Assembly (NCBI GenBank): GCA_965178125.1
Contig: OZ237738.1
Coordinates: 1,612,001 to 1,655,333 of the forward strand
Length of the DNA stretch: 43,333 bases
Direction of reading: 5' to 3'
Source of the DNA: Bilabrum cf. latius
Taxonomy: Eukaryota
Translations under genes and position numbers: made by a program
Shown here: positions 1-11,800 of the stretch, in pieces
Numbering within the stretch: position 1 is the first letter of the stretch
Layout: the number at the start of each line of letters is the position of its first letter
The notes under the pieces: generated by a model
Databases searched by the model: none
Told to the model about the DNA's origin: nothing
The model's input: the letters and a program-made list of their open reading frames with translations, nothing else

Positions 1-102
1 TCCCTCATGACTTGGGACGGATTCGGAGCACACTCGAATCTTCGGGGACGTGGGTTCCACTGCGCTAAACTACAGATTTTCTATTAAACGGTTGATTGAG
101 GT

Positions 103-1755
103 ATGGTTTCTTTATATGCTGGTGTCGATGCCGTGTTGCTTGACATGGATGGGGTTCTGGTGGAGGTCGCTGATTCCTACCGGGCTGCGATCGTAGGGAC
201 AGCAAAAGAGTTCGGTGTTACAGTCACAATGAAAGATATCGACGCAGCGAAGGCCAAAGGAGGTGCTAATAATGACTGGGTTCTGTCTCGACGGCTCATT
301 CTTGGCGACGAAAAGGCTGCCGATGCCACATAGACTCCCACGATTGACGACGTCACAGCTGTATTCGAGAGGTTGTACCAGGGGGAAGGCGGCAAGCCTG
401 GCTTGAAATCGTTGGAATAGCCTCTAGTACCGCGCGCGCTGCTACAGCAGCTCTTGGATCGCACTAGTGGGCGTGTATGCGTAGTTACCGGTCGTCCCCG
501 CGCGGACTGCGCGGAAGCGATGGCTCGCTTCGGCTGGGACTCCCTCATCCCATCCGAGAGCTGGGTCTGCATGGAAGACGGCCCACCTAAGCCGGACCCA
601 TTTCCGATCAACCGAGCCCTAGAAATCCTCAGCAAGCGCGGCCCAGCGGCCTTGCTGCCCTCCCGCGTGGCCATGGTTGGAGACACGGTGGATGACGTGG
701 TGGCGGCCAGGAAGGCCGGAGTGCGGGCCATTGGGGTGCTCACACCTGCTGCTGCGTATGAGGATTCTGGCAAGGAGGGTGCAGCGGGAGGCAAGCAGTC
801 GGACACTCGATCCATTCTGGAGGGGGAAGGGGCAGAGGCGGTGCTGCTGCCCGGGCTGGCGGGCTTGCCCGAGCTGCTCGAGAGCCGGCCCTCTAGCGGT
901 GGCATCTTCGAGGGGCAGGGTGGTGGCGATGCCGATGCGGTGCTCCGTGAGTTGCTGGGAGGAGGAGTAGGAGCAGGTGCGGGTCCTGCAGCCAGCGGGG
1001 CGGGGGCTTCCGGTGCGCCCCCACCCCCGCAGCCCCCGGCAGCCGCACTGGCGGGGGCAGGGCCCACAGGAGATCCCGAGAGGACACTGGCCGCCCTGCG
1101 GGTCAGAGCCAAGGCGATCGCAGCCTGCCCGCCGTCAGCTCCCGAGTGGGTGGCCAGGCACGGGTTCGTCCCTCGAGAGGGTTCGTGCACTCGTCACACC
1201 AAGGAGACCAGCATTTCTGCGTGGGTGCGGCTGGACGGGAGCGGCTGGTCAGCAGTCTCGACAGGCCTCGGTTTCCTGGACCACATGATCGGGGCCATGG
1301 CCAAGCACGGGCGCATGGACGTGCAGCTGCTATGCAAGGGGGATCTCTGGATCGACGACCACCACACCGCGGAGGATTGTTCCCTGGCCCTGGGGGAGGC
1401 CATGGACCGGGCCCTCGGTGCCAGGAAGGACATCACGCGGTGGGGCAGCGCCATGTGCCCCCTGGACGAGTCGCTGGCCCGCGCCGTGGTGGACGTGTCC
1501 TCACGGCCCTATGCGCACGTGGCTCTGGATCTGCAGCGGGACAGCGTGGGAGCCATCAGCTGCGAGATGCTGTCCCACTCGCTCGAGTCCCTCCTCACGG
1601 CTGCTCGTCTGACCGCGCACGTGGATGTGCTGCGGGGGTCCAACGACCACCACAAGGCCGAGGCTAGCTTCAAGGCGGTCGGGGTGGCACTCCGCACTGC
1701 CTTCAAGCGAGACGAAGGCGCGGGTGTTCCCAGCACGAAGGGCGTGCTGGCGTAA
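103..1755 (+). CDS. HIS3: Bifunctional HAD-family phosphatase / imidazoleglycerol-phosphate dehydratase (IGPD, HisB/HIS3-type), about 550 aa with TAG read as Gln
   Basis: ORFs 103..333 and 454..1755 share a frame, interrupted only by TAG at 331 and 418, and end at TAA 1753-1755. N-terminal HAD motifs: DMDGVL, VVTGRP, KPDP, MVGDTVDD. C-terminal IGPD signatures: RHTKET, GFLDHM, GDLWIDDHHTAED, NDHHKAEASFKA, VPSTKGVL. Confidence 0.93.
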
Positions 1756-1943
1756 CGGGGGTATGCCGATGCAGAAAGCGTGTGGATCAATGCTGGCTGC
1801 TTATGGAGCCCGTGCTGAATACGCTTGGTCAACAAATCAGTTTATTTTACTTGTTTGCTCCATGTAAGCATGCTGAGTCAAAGCATTGCTGGCCCCAAGT
1901 CATGAGTCATGATCGATTCCGGAATCCGGATGGCCCGGGCACG

Positions 1944-3230
1944 TCACTTGCCCGCCCCTGCCCCTGCCCCTGCCACCGCCGCGGCCTTTGCAAGCGCCTC
2001 CATGCGAGCAGCCCTGTCCTTCTCGGCTCTCTTGGCTGCGGCCTCTACTGCCTTGGGCAGAGACACCTCATAGGGCGGGTAGCACACCCCCTCCTCGGTG
2101 ATGATTCCAGTCAGGAAGCGCGCCGGTGTCATGTCGAAGGCGGGGTTGAACACAGGCACCCCCTCGGGTGCGGTGGGGGTCCCAAACACGGTGGCTACTT
2201 CCTTGGCACCCCTCTCCTCGATGGGGATGTCCTCTCCGCTGGCGACCGAGAGGTCAATCGTGCTCGTGGGCACGCAGGCATACGCGTGCACGCCGAATTC
2301 CCGCGCCACCACGCACACCTTGAACGTGCCCACCTTGTTGGCCACGTCCCCGTTACGGGCCACCCTGTCTGCCCCAAACACAACTGCGTCCACCTTACCC
2401 CTCTGCATGAGCAGACCTGCGGCGCTGTCCGCGATCAGGTGCATCGGCACGCCAGCGCGCATGAGCTCCCAAGCGGTTAGCCGAGAGCCTTGCAGCCGGG
2501 GTCGAGTCTCGTCTACCCACACGTGGATGTCCTTGCCAGTGTTGTGACATTCGTAAATCACGCCGAGGGCCGTGCCATAGTCAATCGTAGCAAGCGCGCC
2601 GGTGTTGCAGTGGTGCAGCAGGTTGCTGCCCTTGCGGATGAGCGCTGCGCCGTACTCAGCGAGGCGCTTGTTGACGCGCACATCGTCATCGCAGATCGCA
2701 TGGGCTTCTGCTAGCAAGATCCTGCGGACATCATCAACCGTTGCATCTGGCTTTGCCTCGGCGTACGCCTTCAGAGAGTCTACCATCCGCAGGGTGGCCC
2801 ACTCCAAGTTTACAGCGGTCGGCCTCGCCTCGTCCAAGTACTTCTTTGCCTCCTCTGCGGGCCCAACGAGCTCTTTAGCTGATTTCCCATCGTATGCTGC
2901 TTCCCCGACTGCCAGCACGAGGCCGTAGGCGCCGGCGACGCCGATAGCTGGAGCGCCGCGGACAACCATGCGTCGAATTCCATAGAACACGTCCTCTTTG
3001 GTAGCGAGCTCGTTCAATTCTAGCTTTGCAGGCAACTTGCGCTAATCAATCAGATACAACCGTGCCGAAGATACGGCGTCATCGTCTCCGTCAATCCAGT
3101 ACACGGGCCTACAAGTCTTGGTGCACAACGATCTTGCTCGTTCAGGCAACGTGGACAGCTCTGGAACCTCTAGCTGTTTCAAGACCGGTCCACCGTCTGA
3201 TTCTTTTGCGGCGCCACCAGCAGCAGCCAT
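1944..3230 (-). CDS. MRI1: Methylthioribose-1-phosphate isomerase (methionine salvage), about 428 aa
   Basis: ATG at 3230. One in-frame TAG at 3044-3042 gives LID*RKLP, the conserved DQRxLP motif. Other motifs: [65 protein letters not shown]. Stop TGA at 1946-1944. Confidence 0.95.
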
Positions 3231-3478
3231 TGTGTTCTTGATTTTGAGCTGGAGTGCACGGATTCTGCTGGCCGGAAGCTCGTCGGTGGATTGATCAGGG
3301 CCGTGACGACAGCAACTGCCCGCCGGCTGGGCCACTGGCCCAGTGGCACTGCACAGCCTTGGCAGCGCAAGTTGTCAAGGTGTGTGTGAAGTCAACATGT
3401 GCAATGCGATCAACTCCGCGAGGGTGCAGCGGACCATACGGTATCTTCACAAAGGTAACGTCGGAGCTAATGGCGTTC

Positions 3479-6400
3479 TCACACGACGACGACCGTGTGC
3501 AGAGCACCGGGAGCCCCTGGCGGGAACACCAGCGAGCTGCCCGCCCCCTGCACGCCATGCAGCGAGGCCCCATCTGCACCATTACCCAGCTGTGCCTCCA
3601 CGTAGTACTCTAGGGATTTCCCACCGATAGACCCGGCATCCACATTCCCTAGGAATACCCCCCTCCCCTCCATACTCTGCTTGAGAGCCACCGATGCAAA
3701 GGCCCCCTTGCTGCCCAGCGCCCGCCAGTGGAGGACGACACCCCCCTCCTGGGGCAGCACCGAGGCATCGCTCACCACCACAGCCTCCACCCGCAGATCG
3801 TCTCCTGCCTGCAGGCGGCCCCTGGGCGACATGACCCGCAGCGAGGGGCGCCCGAGGAAGCGGGGGCTGGGCTAGCACCGGGCTGGTAGCTGCTTGGGCG
3901 ATGTCAAGTTGGCCAGTTGGGCGAGCACGGGCACTTGCTCGTACACCAATCTCTGGAAGCTGTGGCTCTGCAGATTCGAACTGATGCCGCGCTCCCCGTG
4001 GGAGGAGACAGTCTGCAGCTGCAGCATGGAGGCCTGGCTCGCGTTTGACACGAGGTCGCCCAGGGCCTGGTACCCGATGCTGCGGGCCAGCTGCACCTTC
4101 TCCGCGGGGTCCTTCGCGGCCTTGATCTGGGGCAGCACGTGCGACTGCCAGGTGTACAGCGCGCAGTCAGTCCTCGACAGCTGGCGGGCGTACTAGAACG
4201 AGTCGCACCAGTAGTCGAACCGCTCCAGGGCCTGGGCGTCCCCCCAACGGGCCGCGAGGTCGCCTCCTGCCAGTGCGGTGCGAGCCAGCCCAGGTCGCAG
4301 GGAACACAGCTCGTCCACAAACGTGTAGTTGGTCTCCTTTAACTGACACTGGGACCCGTCCGAGATCAGCCCGCCGGGCCCGCCCACCCAGGATACCGGC
4401 CTAGGCATGGAGAACGAGTCCACGGCCTCGAAGATGGGAGCGGCTTGGACCCCAACCGACGGCCCGAACGAAGCCGTGGCCCACTGATTCCAGAACTGAC
4501 CCGCAGTCAAGTTCTGCCCAGAGCGCCAGGACCGCTGGGCCGTGGCCTCGAGCGTGGGTCCCACGGCCCGCGTGCGCCAATGGATGTTGGTGAACCCCTG
4601 GGCCCCGTACTTTTGCGCGTCATCTGCGTGGGAGAGCGTGCGCCACACCCAGAGTTCAGGTGCAGTCAGCCTGGGATCATCCTCAGCCCACGGGATCACC
4701 CACTTGCGGTGCCGGGTCACGTTCTGGTAAGCGGGATCCACGTACTTGTACCCCACCAGCTAGTCCAGGCTGCTGAGGGTCCACTCGGGAGACAGCTCGT
4801 AGTCCAGCAGCGAGCGGTTGCCCAGCGGACCCAGCACCCACCCGCAGGTGGCGAGGCTCAGGTTGGCCGCGATGGGGCCCAGGGCGTGCTTGGCGGCCTC
4901 GAGGGCACGGAGGTCCTCCAGTGTCTCTTGCACGAGCGGGTTGCTCACGTTCACCTTGCTCCACTCCCAGCCCTCCGGGGTCCACACCCAGTACGTGTCC
5001 AGCGAGGGGTAGGCCTGCAGGGCCCTCGCGAGGATGCCCTCGTACCAGTCCTGCCGCGAGGGCACACCGGGACCTGCAGAGGGGGCCAGCACCCAGGCGT
5101 GGCCAGTGAGGGAAGGGTCCAATGCGTATCCCTGGGCTGTCGCGTTAGACTAGCTCGCAGTGCCCTGCGTCACCGCCCGATGGTCCGTGCCCTTGCCGCT
5201 GCCCTTGCCGTACATGAGCAGCTGCACGTGCTCGTCATCGTATTGCCACGAGGAGGCACCCGCAAACGCGTACCCCTCAGTGCGCACCAGGGTGTACCCT
5301 GCCGGGGCCTGCACTCCCTCTGGCAGCAGGATATTGTCTCCTATCCCGCCGTTATAGTACGTCTTGAGGGCCACAGTGGCATCGGCGGTAGGCTGCGTCG
5401 AGACCCACCCCACGATCCCCACGGGCTCGTACAGCCCCTCGCATTCCGCGCATGACGTGGCCGTCACGAAGGAGTCTTGCCGTGATTCCGAGTAGTACAG
5501 GGTCAGGGGCTGCATCGGTTGAGGAGGCGTGACGAGTGGAGCCTCGGTTCCGATGACAGAGTTGACCCCGACCGAGTCGCCGAAGGAGAAGGCGTAGTCG
5601 AGCAGCTCGCCAGACTGCTGGAACTGGCGCTGGTAGGCTGCCTGCGTGCTGCCCCACGGACACAGGTCCTAGTCGATGTCCCTGTTCTGGAAGCAATCTG
5701 CATCGAAGAGGACCTGAGCTCCCAGCTGGTAGTCCGCAGTGGACATGATCCCGTAGTTCCACCCGCCCTTCATAGTCGAGTGCCAGGAGGCGTTGTAGGC
5801 CCATGAGACCTCGGAGCCGGACTGACCCACCTGCTCCCTGAGGCCGACCCACACGGCTGGCTCGGCGAAGATGTCGTTGATGGGGTACGTGTGCACCGCG
5901 ATGGTGTTTCCCCTGCGCTGAGCGATGCCCTCCTCCACGCGAGCCCACTCGTCGCGCGGCCACCAGTCGGGTCCAGAGGCGAAGTCGTGGAAGGGCTGCA
6001 GCCCGCGGACATCAAAGATGGGCTCGTCCACCAGGATCTCCCCGGGCTAAAGCCCAAGCAGGCCCGCTGCCCCGGTAGGCCCCAGGGATGAGGCGAGCAA
6101 GGGGTCCTCGCCGATGCCCGCTGCGAGCACCGCGCGGCGAACGCTCATTCGGCGCGATGCGAGCGGGATAGCGTACATTCCCTCGGTTGCAAATCGAATG
6201 CCGAGACGCTCCGACAGGGCGAATGCAGCATGGACAGCCGCTCGCGGGCTCGCGCCATGCACGCACACGGCTCCGCCGGTCCTGCTGATTCCAATTGCGT
6301 ACGCTTCAACGGACGTCGACGCACCGCTAACGGACTCAACGACGTACTTGCAGTCGGAATGCAGTATGTCTGTTGCAGAGGAAACGAAAATTGACAGCCG

Positions 6401-6700
6401 TACGTCCTCGATTTCGAATGCATCGGATCCAGCGGCGACGGTAGGTAGCTCGGATCCTTGGAAAGCGACTCGAAACGCACGCTACAGCTCCAAAGCGGCT
6501 TCGTTATGCTCATATCCTTCTTTCGCGTAATAGATATTGATGCTCTGACCCATCTAGATGCAGAGCAACCCGACTGCGACACCAGAAATTACCCTGCGAC
6601 CGACCCAGAAGTGGCAAGAAAATCGGACGGGTGCTCGTGTACCAGGCTCAAAACAAGCTAGTAGGTCTGACTATGACGGTAGAATCATATAATAGTTCAT
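3479..6700 (-). CDS. Putative secreted glycoside-hydrolase-like protein (predicted TIM-barrel core plus an inserted repeat domain), about 1070 aa; start uncertain
   Basis: Seven track ORFs (3479, 3872, 4193, 4760, 5150, 5669, 6047) share one frame and are joined only by TAG, with a further TAG at 6482. The frame stays open to ATGs at 6553, 6688 and 6700, and ends at TGA 3481-3479. A hydrophobic stretch VISGVAVGLLCI lies near the N-terminus. HAAFALSERLGIRF resembles the N-terminal domain of GH20/67/89/115 enzymes. RGLQPFHDFASGPDWW, YWVWTPEGWEW, WVIPWAEDDP and IHWRTR resemble uncharacterised bacterial CAZyme-like proteins (from memory, not searched). Confidence 0.65.
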
Positions 6701-6856
6701 ACATGTTCATGGTGGGGCGCATGCTGTATCCTTGCAGTGTTCAACATCATCTTGACTTTTTTCGCTAAAACTAACCGGAATAGAATTACCCATAAATGCG
6801 CGGCGATCTCCTGCACAACGGCAATCATAACCACGGAATTGGTTCAATGAAATAAT

Positions 6857-8764
6857 ATGGCTAGATGGATGGCTTGCCGTTGGTCCGGCTTGCTTGAGCT
6901 TCGGGGCAGAGGTTTTCGGGCTATGTCAACACTGAACCCGAAGCTAAACGTACGCCGGGATTTGAATGCGCCGCACAGCAACCCCCGAAGTCGGTTGAAG
7001 AAGCATAACCCAATTGAAGAGCTGCTTGGTGATGGCCCAGTGGCCGCTACGACTTTCAAACCTGGCCGAGGCAGCTGGCAACATGCCTGGAGCAGTCTTC
7101 CGAAGCAGCTGCTCAGAAATTTGAGAAGGGAAGGGCTGGCCAGTCCAACTGAAGTGTAGAGTTTAGCGTTCCGGTCTATATCAGGCGGAGCCGATGTTGT
7201 GCTGACTGCAGAGACTGGCAGTGGCAAGACCCTTGCTTTCTTGTTGCCCCATCTTGCTAGGTTATTTAGAACAGGCCCGAAGACCCGTGGGAATTCGTCG
7301 GGTTTCAAACCATCTAAAGAGAAACTGCAACGAAATACGTCAAATGGCAAATGGAGTGGTCCACATCTGTTGCTGCTCGCCCCGACTGCTGAACTGTGCA
7401 CTCAGGTGGCTGCTGCTGTTGTTTCTGTAGCCCCCCAGCTGGAGCCAGTGGTGATCTCTAGCACAGGCAGTGCAAAATCTGGCAGTGTGCACTTTCCTGA
7501 GGGTAGCGAGTGGCCTTCACCCATCCTGGTGGGAACGCCAACCGGCCTGCTGGGCTTGGTCCGCAGGCTGCCCTCCCAGCGAGGAAGAGGGCACCCGTTG
7601 CGGCACTGCACCGCGGTCGTCGTAGATGAGGCCGACTTGGTGCTGCAGCAGCCGCAGGCCCGCCGCTCGCTAGAGCAGCTGCTCGCCTTGTGTGGTCGAG
7701 AGGAATTGCCAGCAGCGGCCAAGAGAGTGTCATCCGATGTGCAGGTCGCTGGTGGCTGTGCTGGCGATGGCACGATGAGGCGACCGCGCGAAGCACTTGC
7801 CGCGCGCAATCGTGCCCCAACCGTGCAGCTAGTCCTGGCGATGGCATCAGCAGAGGCATAGACCCAGCGCCGCACCGGTGCCTGGCTCAGAGACCACTGC
7901 CCGGGGGCGGTGCAGGTGCGCACCGAGGGCTTCCACAGGTTGCCTGAGCGACTGCTGCACCGGGTGCGGGCCGTGGACGTCAGCGTCACAGCTGACGGCG
8001 GTGCGACATCCCACGGTCGTGACGGGATGTACGAGGACACGGAGGATGCATTGGGGGATGGGGACGGGGGCGTGCTGGGTGACGATGACGGTGGCTTCGG
8101 GGCGGTCGTGGAGGGGGTCGCAGAGGCGATTCTGGACGCGCCCTCGCCCTCCCCGCCCTCTGATGGGAGCCAGGAGAAGGCATTCAAGCAGCTGCGCGAG
8201 AGGCGGGGGAAGTCCGGAGGCTGGCCCTGGCAGACGCTCGTGTTCGTCACCACGTTCGACGAGGCGGAGGCAGTGGCCGACGGGCTAGAGGTGCTGCTAC
8301 CGGGGCTTTCCGTGGCCTGCCTGCACCGGAACTTGCCCATGGCGGCGAGGAGGGGTGTGATGAGTGCACTCCAAGGAGGCGCGGCCCCATCCGCAATAGG
8401 ACAAAGTCGAGCATGCGCAGGGGCAGGGGTAGTGGCAGTGGCAGGCGGTGCGAGTATCGTGCCAGAGGTGGACGTTCTAGTGGCAACCGATCTGGCGGCG
8501 AGGGGGCTGGATGCAAAGGGGGTGGGTCACGTAGTGCAGGTAGGGCCTGCCACTGACCTTGCGCAAATGCTGCACAGATGCGGACGCACGGCTAGGGCAG
8601 GTTGGTCTGGCACGGTCACGACGCTCACGAGGAGCGAGCAAGAGCGGTCTGCTGCTCTCCAGATGGAATAGCGGGCCAGGGGCGGAGTTCGTGATGCTAT
8701 CAGTGCTAGCAGAGATGCGCAGTGGAAGCGCAGGAGGTTGCGGAAAGGAAAGGCAAAGGGGTAA
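6857..8764 (+). CDS. DEAD-box RNA helicase, probably mitochondrial (DDX28-like), about 635 aa
   Basis: Single frame with TAG at 7157, 7859 and 8669 and stop TAA at 8762-8764. Q-motif PTEV* has TAG at the invariant Gln. Motif I AETGSGKT, Ia LAPTAELCTQ, Ib VGTP, II DEAD, V VATDLAARGLD, VI HRCGRTARAG. The Arg-rich N-terminus resembles a transit peptide. Confidence 0.88.
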
Positions 8765-8871
8765 CCATCGAAGGTTCCTCCGTCCGTGGCAGTTCGGAAT
8801 TCTCGACATATTAGGACGAAATAGTCCATGTGTGATAAACTAGGCACAAGAAGTGCAGAGTTGAATTGAAT

Positions 8872-11800
8872 ATGTCAGTACAGCTTCACACGTTGGCCCA
8901 GGCCCGACCACAGGCGGACCAGAAAAGGCTTGCCCAATTGCAACGGTAGGCAGTTGCCGCATCGCTTCCACCATGGGCTTCACTTGAACAGCGTCAGACT
9001 GTCAGCCTGGCGCGAACCCACTATCCGCTTGTCAAAGATGCGGCTAATGTGCTGCAATGGAGGTGTGGTGCCAAGCCAGCCAAAGCAGCAGTCGATTCCA
9101 GTGAGTTGGTGCGCAGAGCTGTCGCTGCAAGAACAGCAACCGGCGATGAAGACTCTGCTAGAAGCCAGAAGAATGGCATATCATGTATGACTAGTCCAGT
9201 TGTTCAGTGGATTGATGGCTGGCGGGGTTTCGAGTTTCGAAGGCTTATGGCTGGGAGACGCACTAGCCATTTTCCTGGAACACGCGAGATCTGCAACAAG
9301 TGCGCCCTTGGTGGCCATTTGAACCGCTTGCGCGCGGCATAGCCAGAGTGGTTTGACTTCTTTCCGCCCAGTTTCGTTCTACCGAGCGATAGACGACGGC
9401 TCGCGGAGTTCTGGAACGAGTGCGTCCGGCTCCGTGCCGAGGCCCGCAAGGCGAAGCGAACAGCCATGCAGCAGACTGAGGGGAAGCGCAAGCGCAAGCG
9501 AAAGGGCAAGAAAGGAAGCAGCCGGTCGTCATCTAGGTCGGTCTCGCCTCGTGCTGCCGCCGGGTCGTCTACCCCCTTCGGGCTGCCCCCCTCCACGCCG
9601 ATCCAGACGGACCGGCCCGAGCCTGCCGCGGCCTCGACCGGGCTCAAGTGGACAGTGCCCCCCAGCGCCCAGATGGCGTTCATCGCTAAGCCCGACCAGG
9701 GGGCGCAAGGTCGCGGCATCGAGCTGTTTCTGGACCCGCGCCCTCTGCTCGAGACAGCCATGGGCAGCGAACCGGTGGGCAACGCAATCGCCAGATGCGT
9801 CGCGCGGTCGGTCAAGGGGAACGGGGGCGGGTCTGAGGACGAGGACGGCAGTGATGGGGAGGACGAGGACGGCAGCGGCACCGATGAGGACACGGGGGGC
9901 GCTGGCTGGAAGTCGAGGGCGGACAGGGCCAGCAAGCAATTCCTAGCGACGTCAGCGGCGGCAACTGCAGCGGCCGCAGCTCGCCGCCAGGGGGTGGGGG
10001 TGTCCTCTTGGGCGAACTCGGGCATCACCCGGGCCCTCGTGCAGTCGTACATCCCCAAACCGCTGCTCCTGGACGGGCACAAGTTCGACCTGCGGATCTA
10101 CCTCCTGGTCAGCTCTGTGTTCCCCACGCTGCGGGCGTTTTTGTATGCAGACGGTCTCGTCAGGTTTGCGACGCAGCCCTATGCCAATCCCACGCGCAGC
10201 AATCTGCGCAAGAAGACCGGCCATCTGACCAACTACTCCATCAACAAGGGCAAAGCCATGGCCACGGAGGTGAAAGGGGCGGGGGAGGAGACTCCTGTCG
10301 CTGGCGAAGAGGGAGAAGAAGAGGAGGAAGAGGAAGGTGCGAATGGTGTCGAGTCTGTTCCCTCTAGTGGAAGCGCTGACGATGTGGGGCGCGAATGGGA
10401 AGCAGCAAGGGAGGAGGCCTTCGGTCCTGCCTCTCTGCTATCCCACGATGAGGGGCTCAAGTGGGGCTTGAGGGCCCTGTGGCCCGCTCTCAAGGCGCGG
10501 GGGTACGACGCAGAGGATGCCTGGAGGCAGGTCAGACGAATGGCAGCGCTTGTGCTGGCTTCCATCGCGCCTATCCTAGCGCACGAGTACAGCGCCGCTG
10601 CCCCAGGGGGTGGCGCGGCAATGGCGGCAGCGTAGCAGCAGAGCCAGCGCGAGCGTGTGGTGGCAAAGCTGAGAGAAGAGGGGCTGCTGCCCGATGGTTT
10701 GGATCCTTTCGAGCGGTCCATTAGCAAGGAAGAAGACAGCGGTGGAGATATGGGCTAGGCTGGCGTTCAAGGCAGTACCGGTAAGGAAGCATCGTTTGGG
10801 ACGCTCGGGGGACTGGGCGCCGCACACGGACAGTCGTTCGGGCACCATTGCTTCGAGCTGCTCGGGCTGGATGTCATGCTGGAGGACCCTGGGATGGACG
10901 CAGAGGGGCAATTTGGTGGGGGGGAGGCAGACACGACCGGTGGGGGTGGCGAAGGGGCCGCATCCAGTGCGGGCGGACTGAAGCCGCTGCGCTGCCTGCT
11001 CATCGAGGTGAACCAGGCGCCCTCTCTGGCAGCCAGCGCCGACGTGGACAGGGCAATCAAAGGGCGGCTCATTACCGACTCAATGATTCTCTCCTCTGCT
11101 ACGGAGCCATGGCTGGAGGCCTGGGGTACGGCGGCGTGTGTTTCGGATTCAACATCGAGTGCTGAGTAGCATGAGGCGGTGGCACCAGCGGCGGCACCGG
11201 CCAAAGCGAGCGACGATGCCCTCTTTGGCATGTTCAAGCCCCCACAGTGCGTTAGTGAGGACCCTGCCATGTCGCATGCAGTGCCGGAGAGTCTAAGGGC
11301 GCGGTGTGCACAAAGCTTGGACCAGCTGCGCGCGAGGGGAGGGGCCACGGATCCCACATCCCACGGGTTGACTGCGCCTGCCGTCACACCAGCCATGCAC
11401 CGCAACCTGCGGCAGCGCTGGGCCTGGGAAGATGCCTGCCTACCCCTCACCGCCTTCGAGCGGCTGCTGCCGTGCGAGTCCCCCGGGGAGGAGGCCGTGT
11501 TCCAGGACGTGCTGCGGAGGATCCCCGAGCAGCTGTCCTCCAGATCTAGCGCGCGGCTGGACACTAGACGCGCCGACGCCATGGAGGCGCGACGCAAGAG
11601 GCTTGAGAAGGTGGCGCAGGACATCGGCAAGAGACCAGGCTCATCGACGGGCAGCGGGAGGTGGTTGGGCCAGGGAAGCGTGTCAGTGAGTGACACCTCA
11701 GCGGCATCGAGCCAAGGAACCGCTCCCTTGGGGCCGTCTATTGGAGAGCTGACTGAACAACTGCTCGCTGCCATCCGAGAGAATGGGGCTGGCTCCTTGA

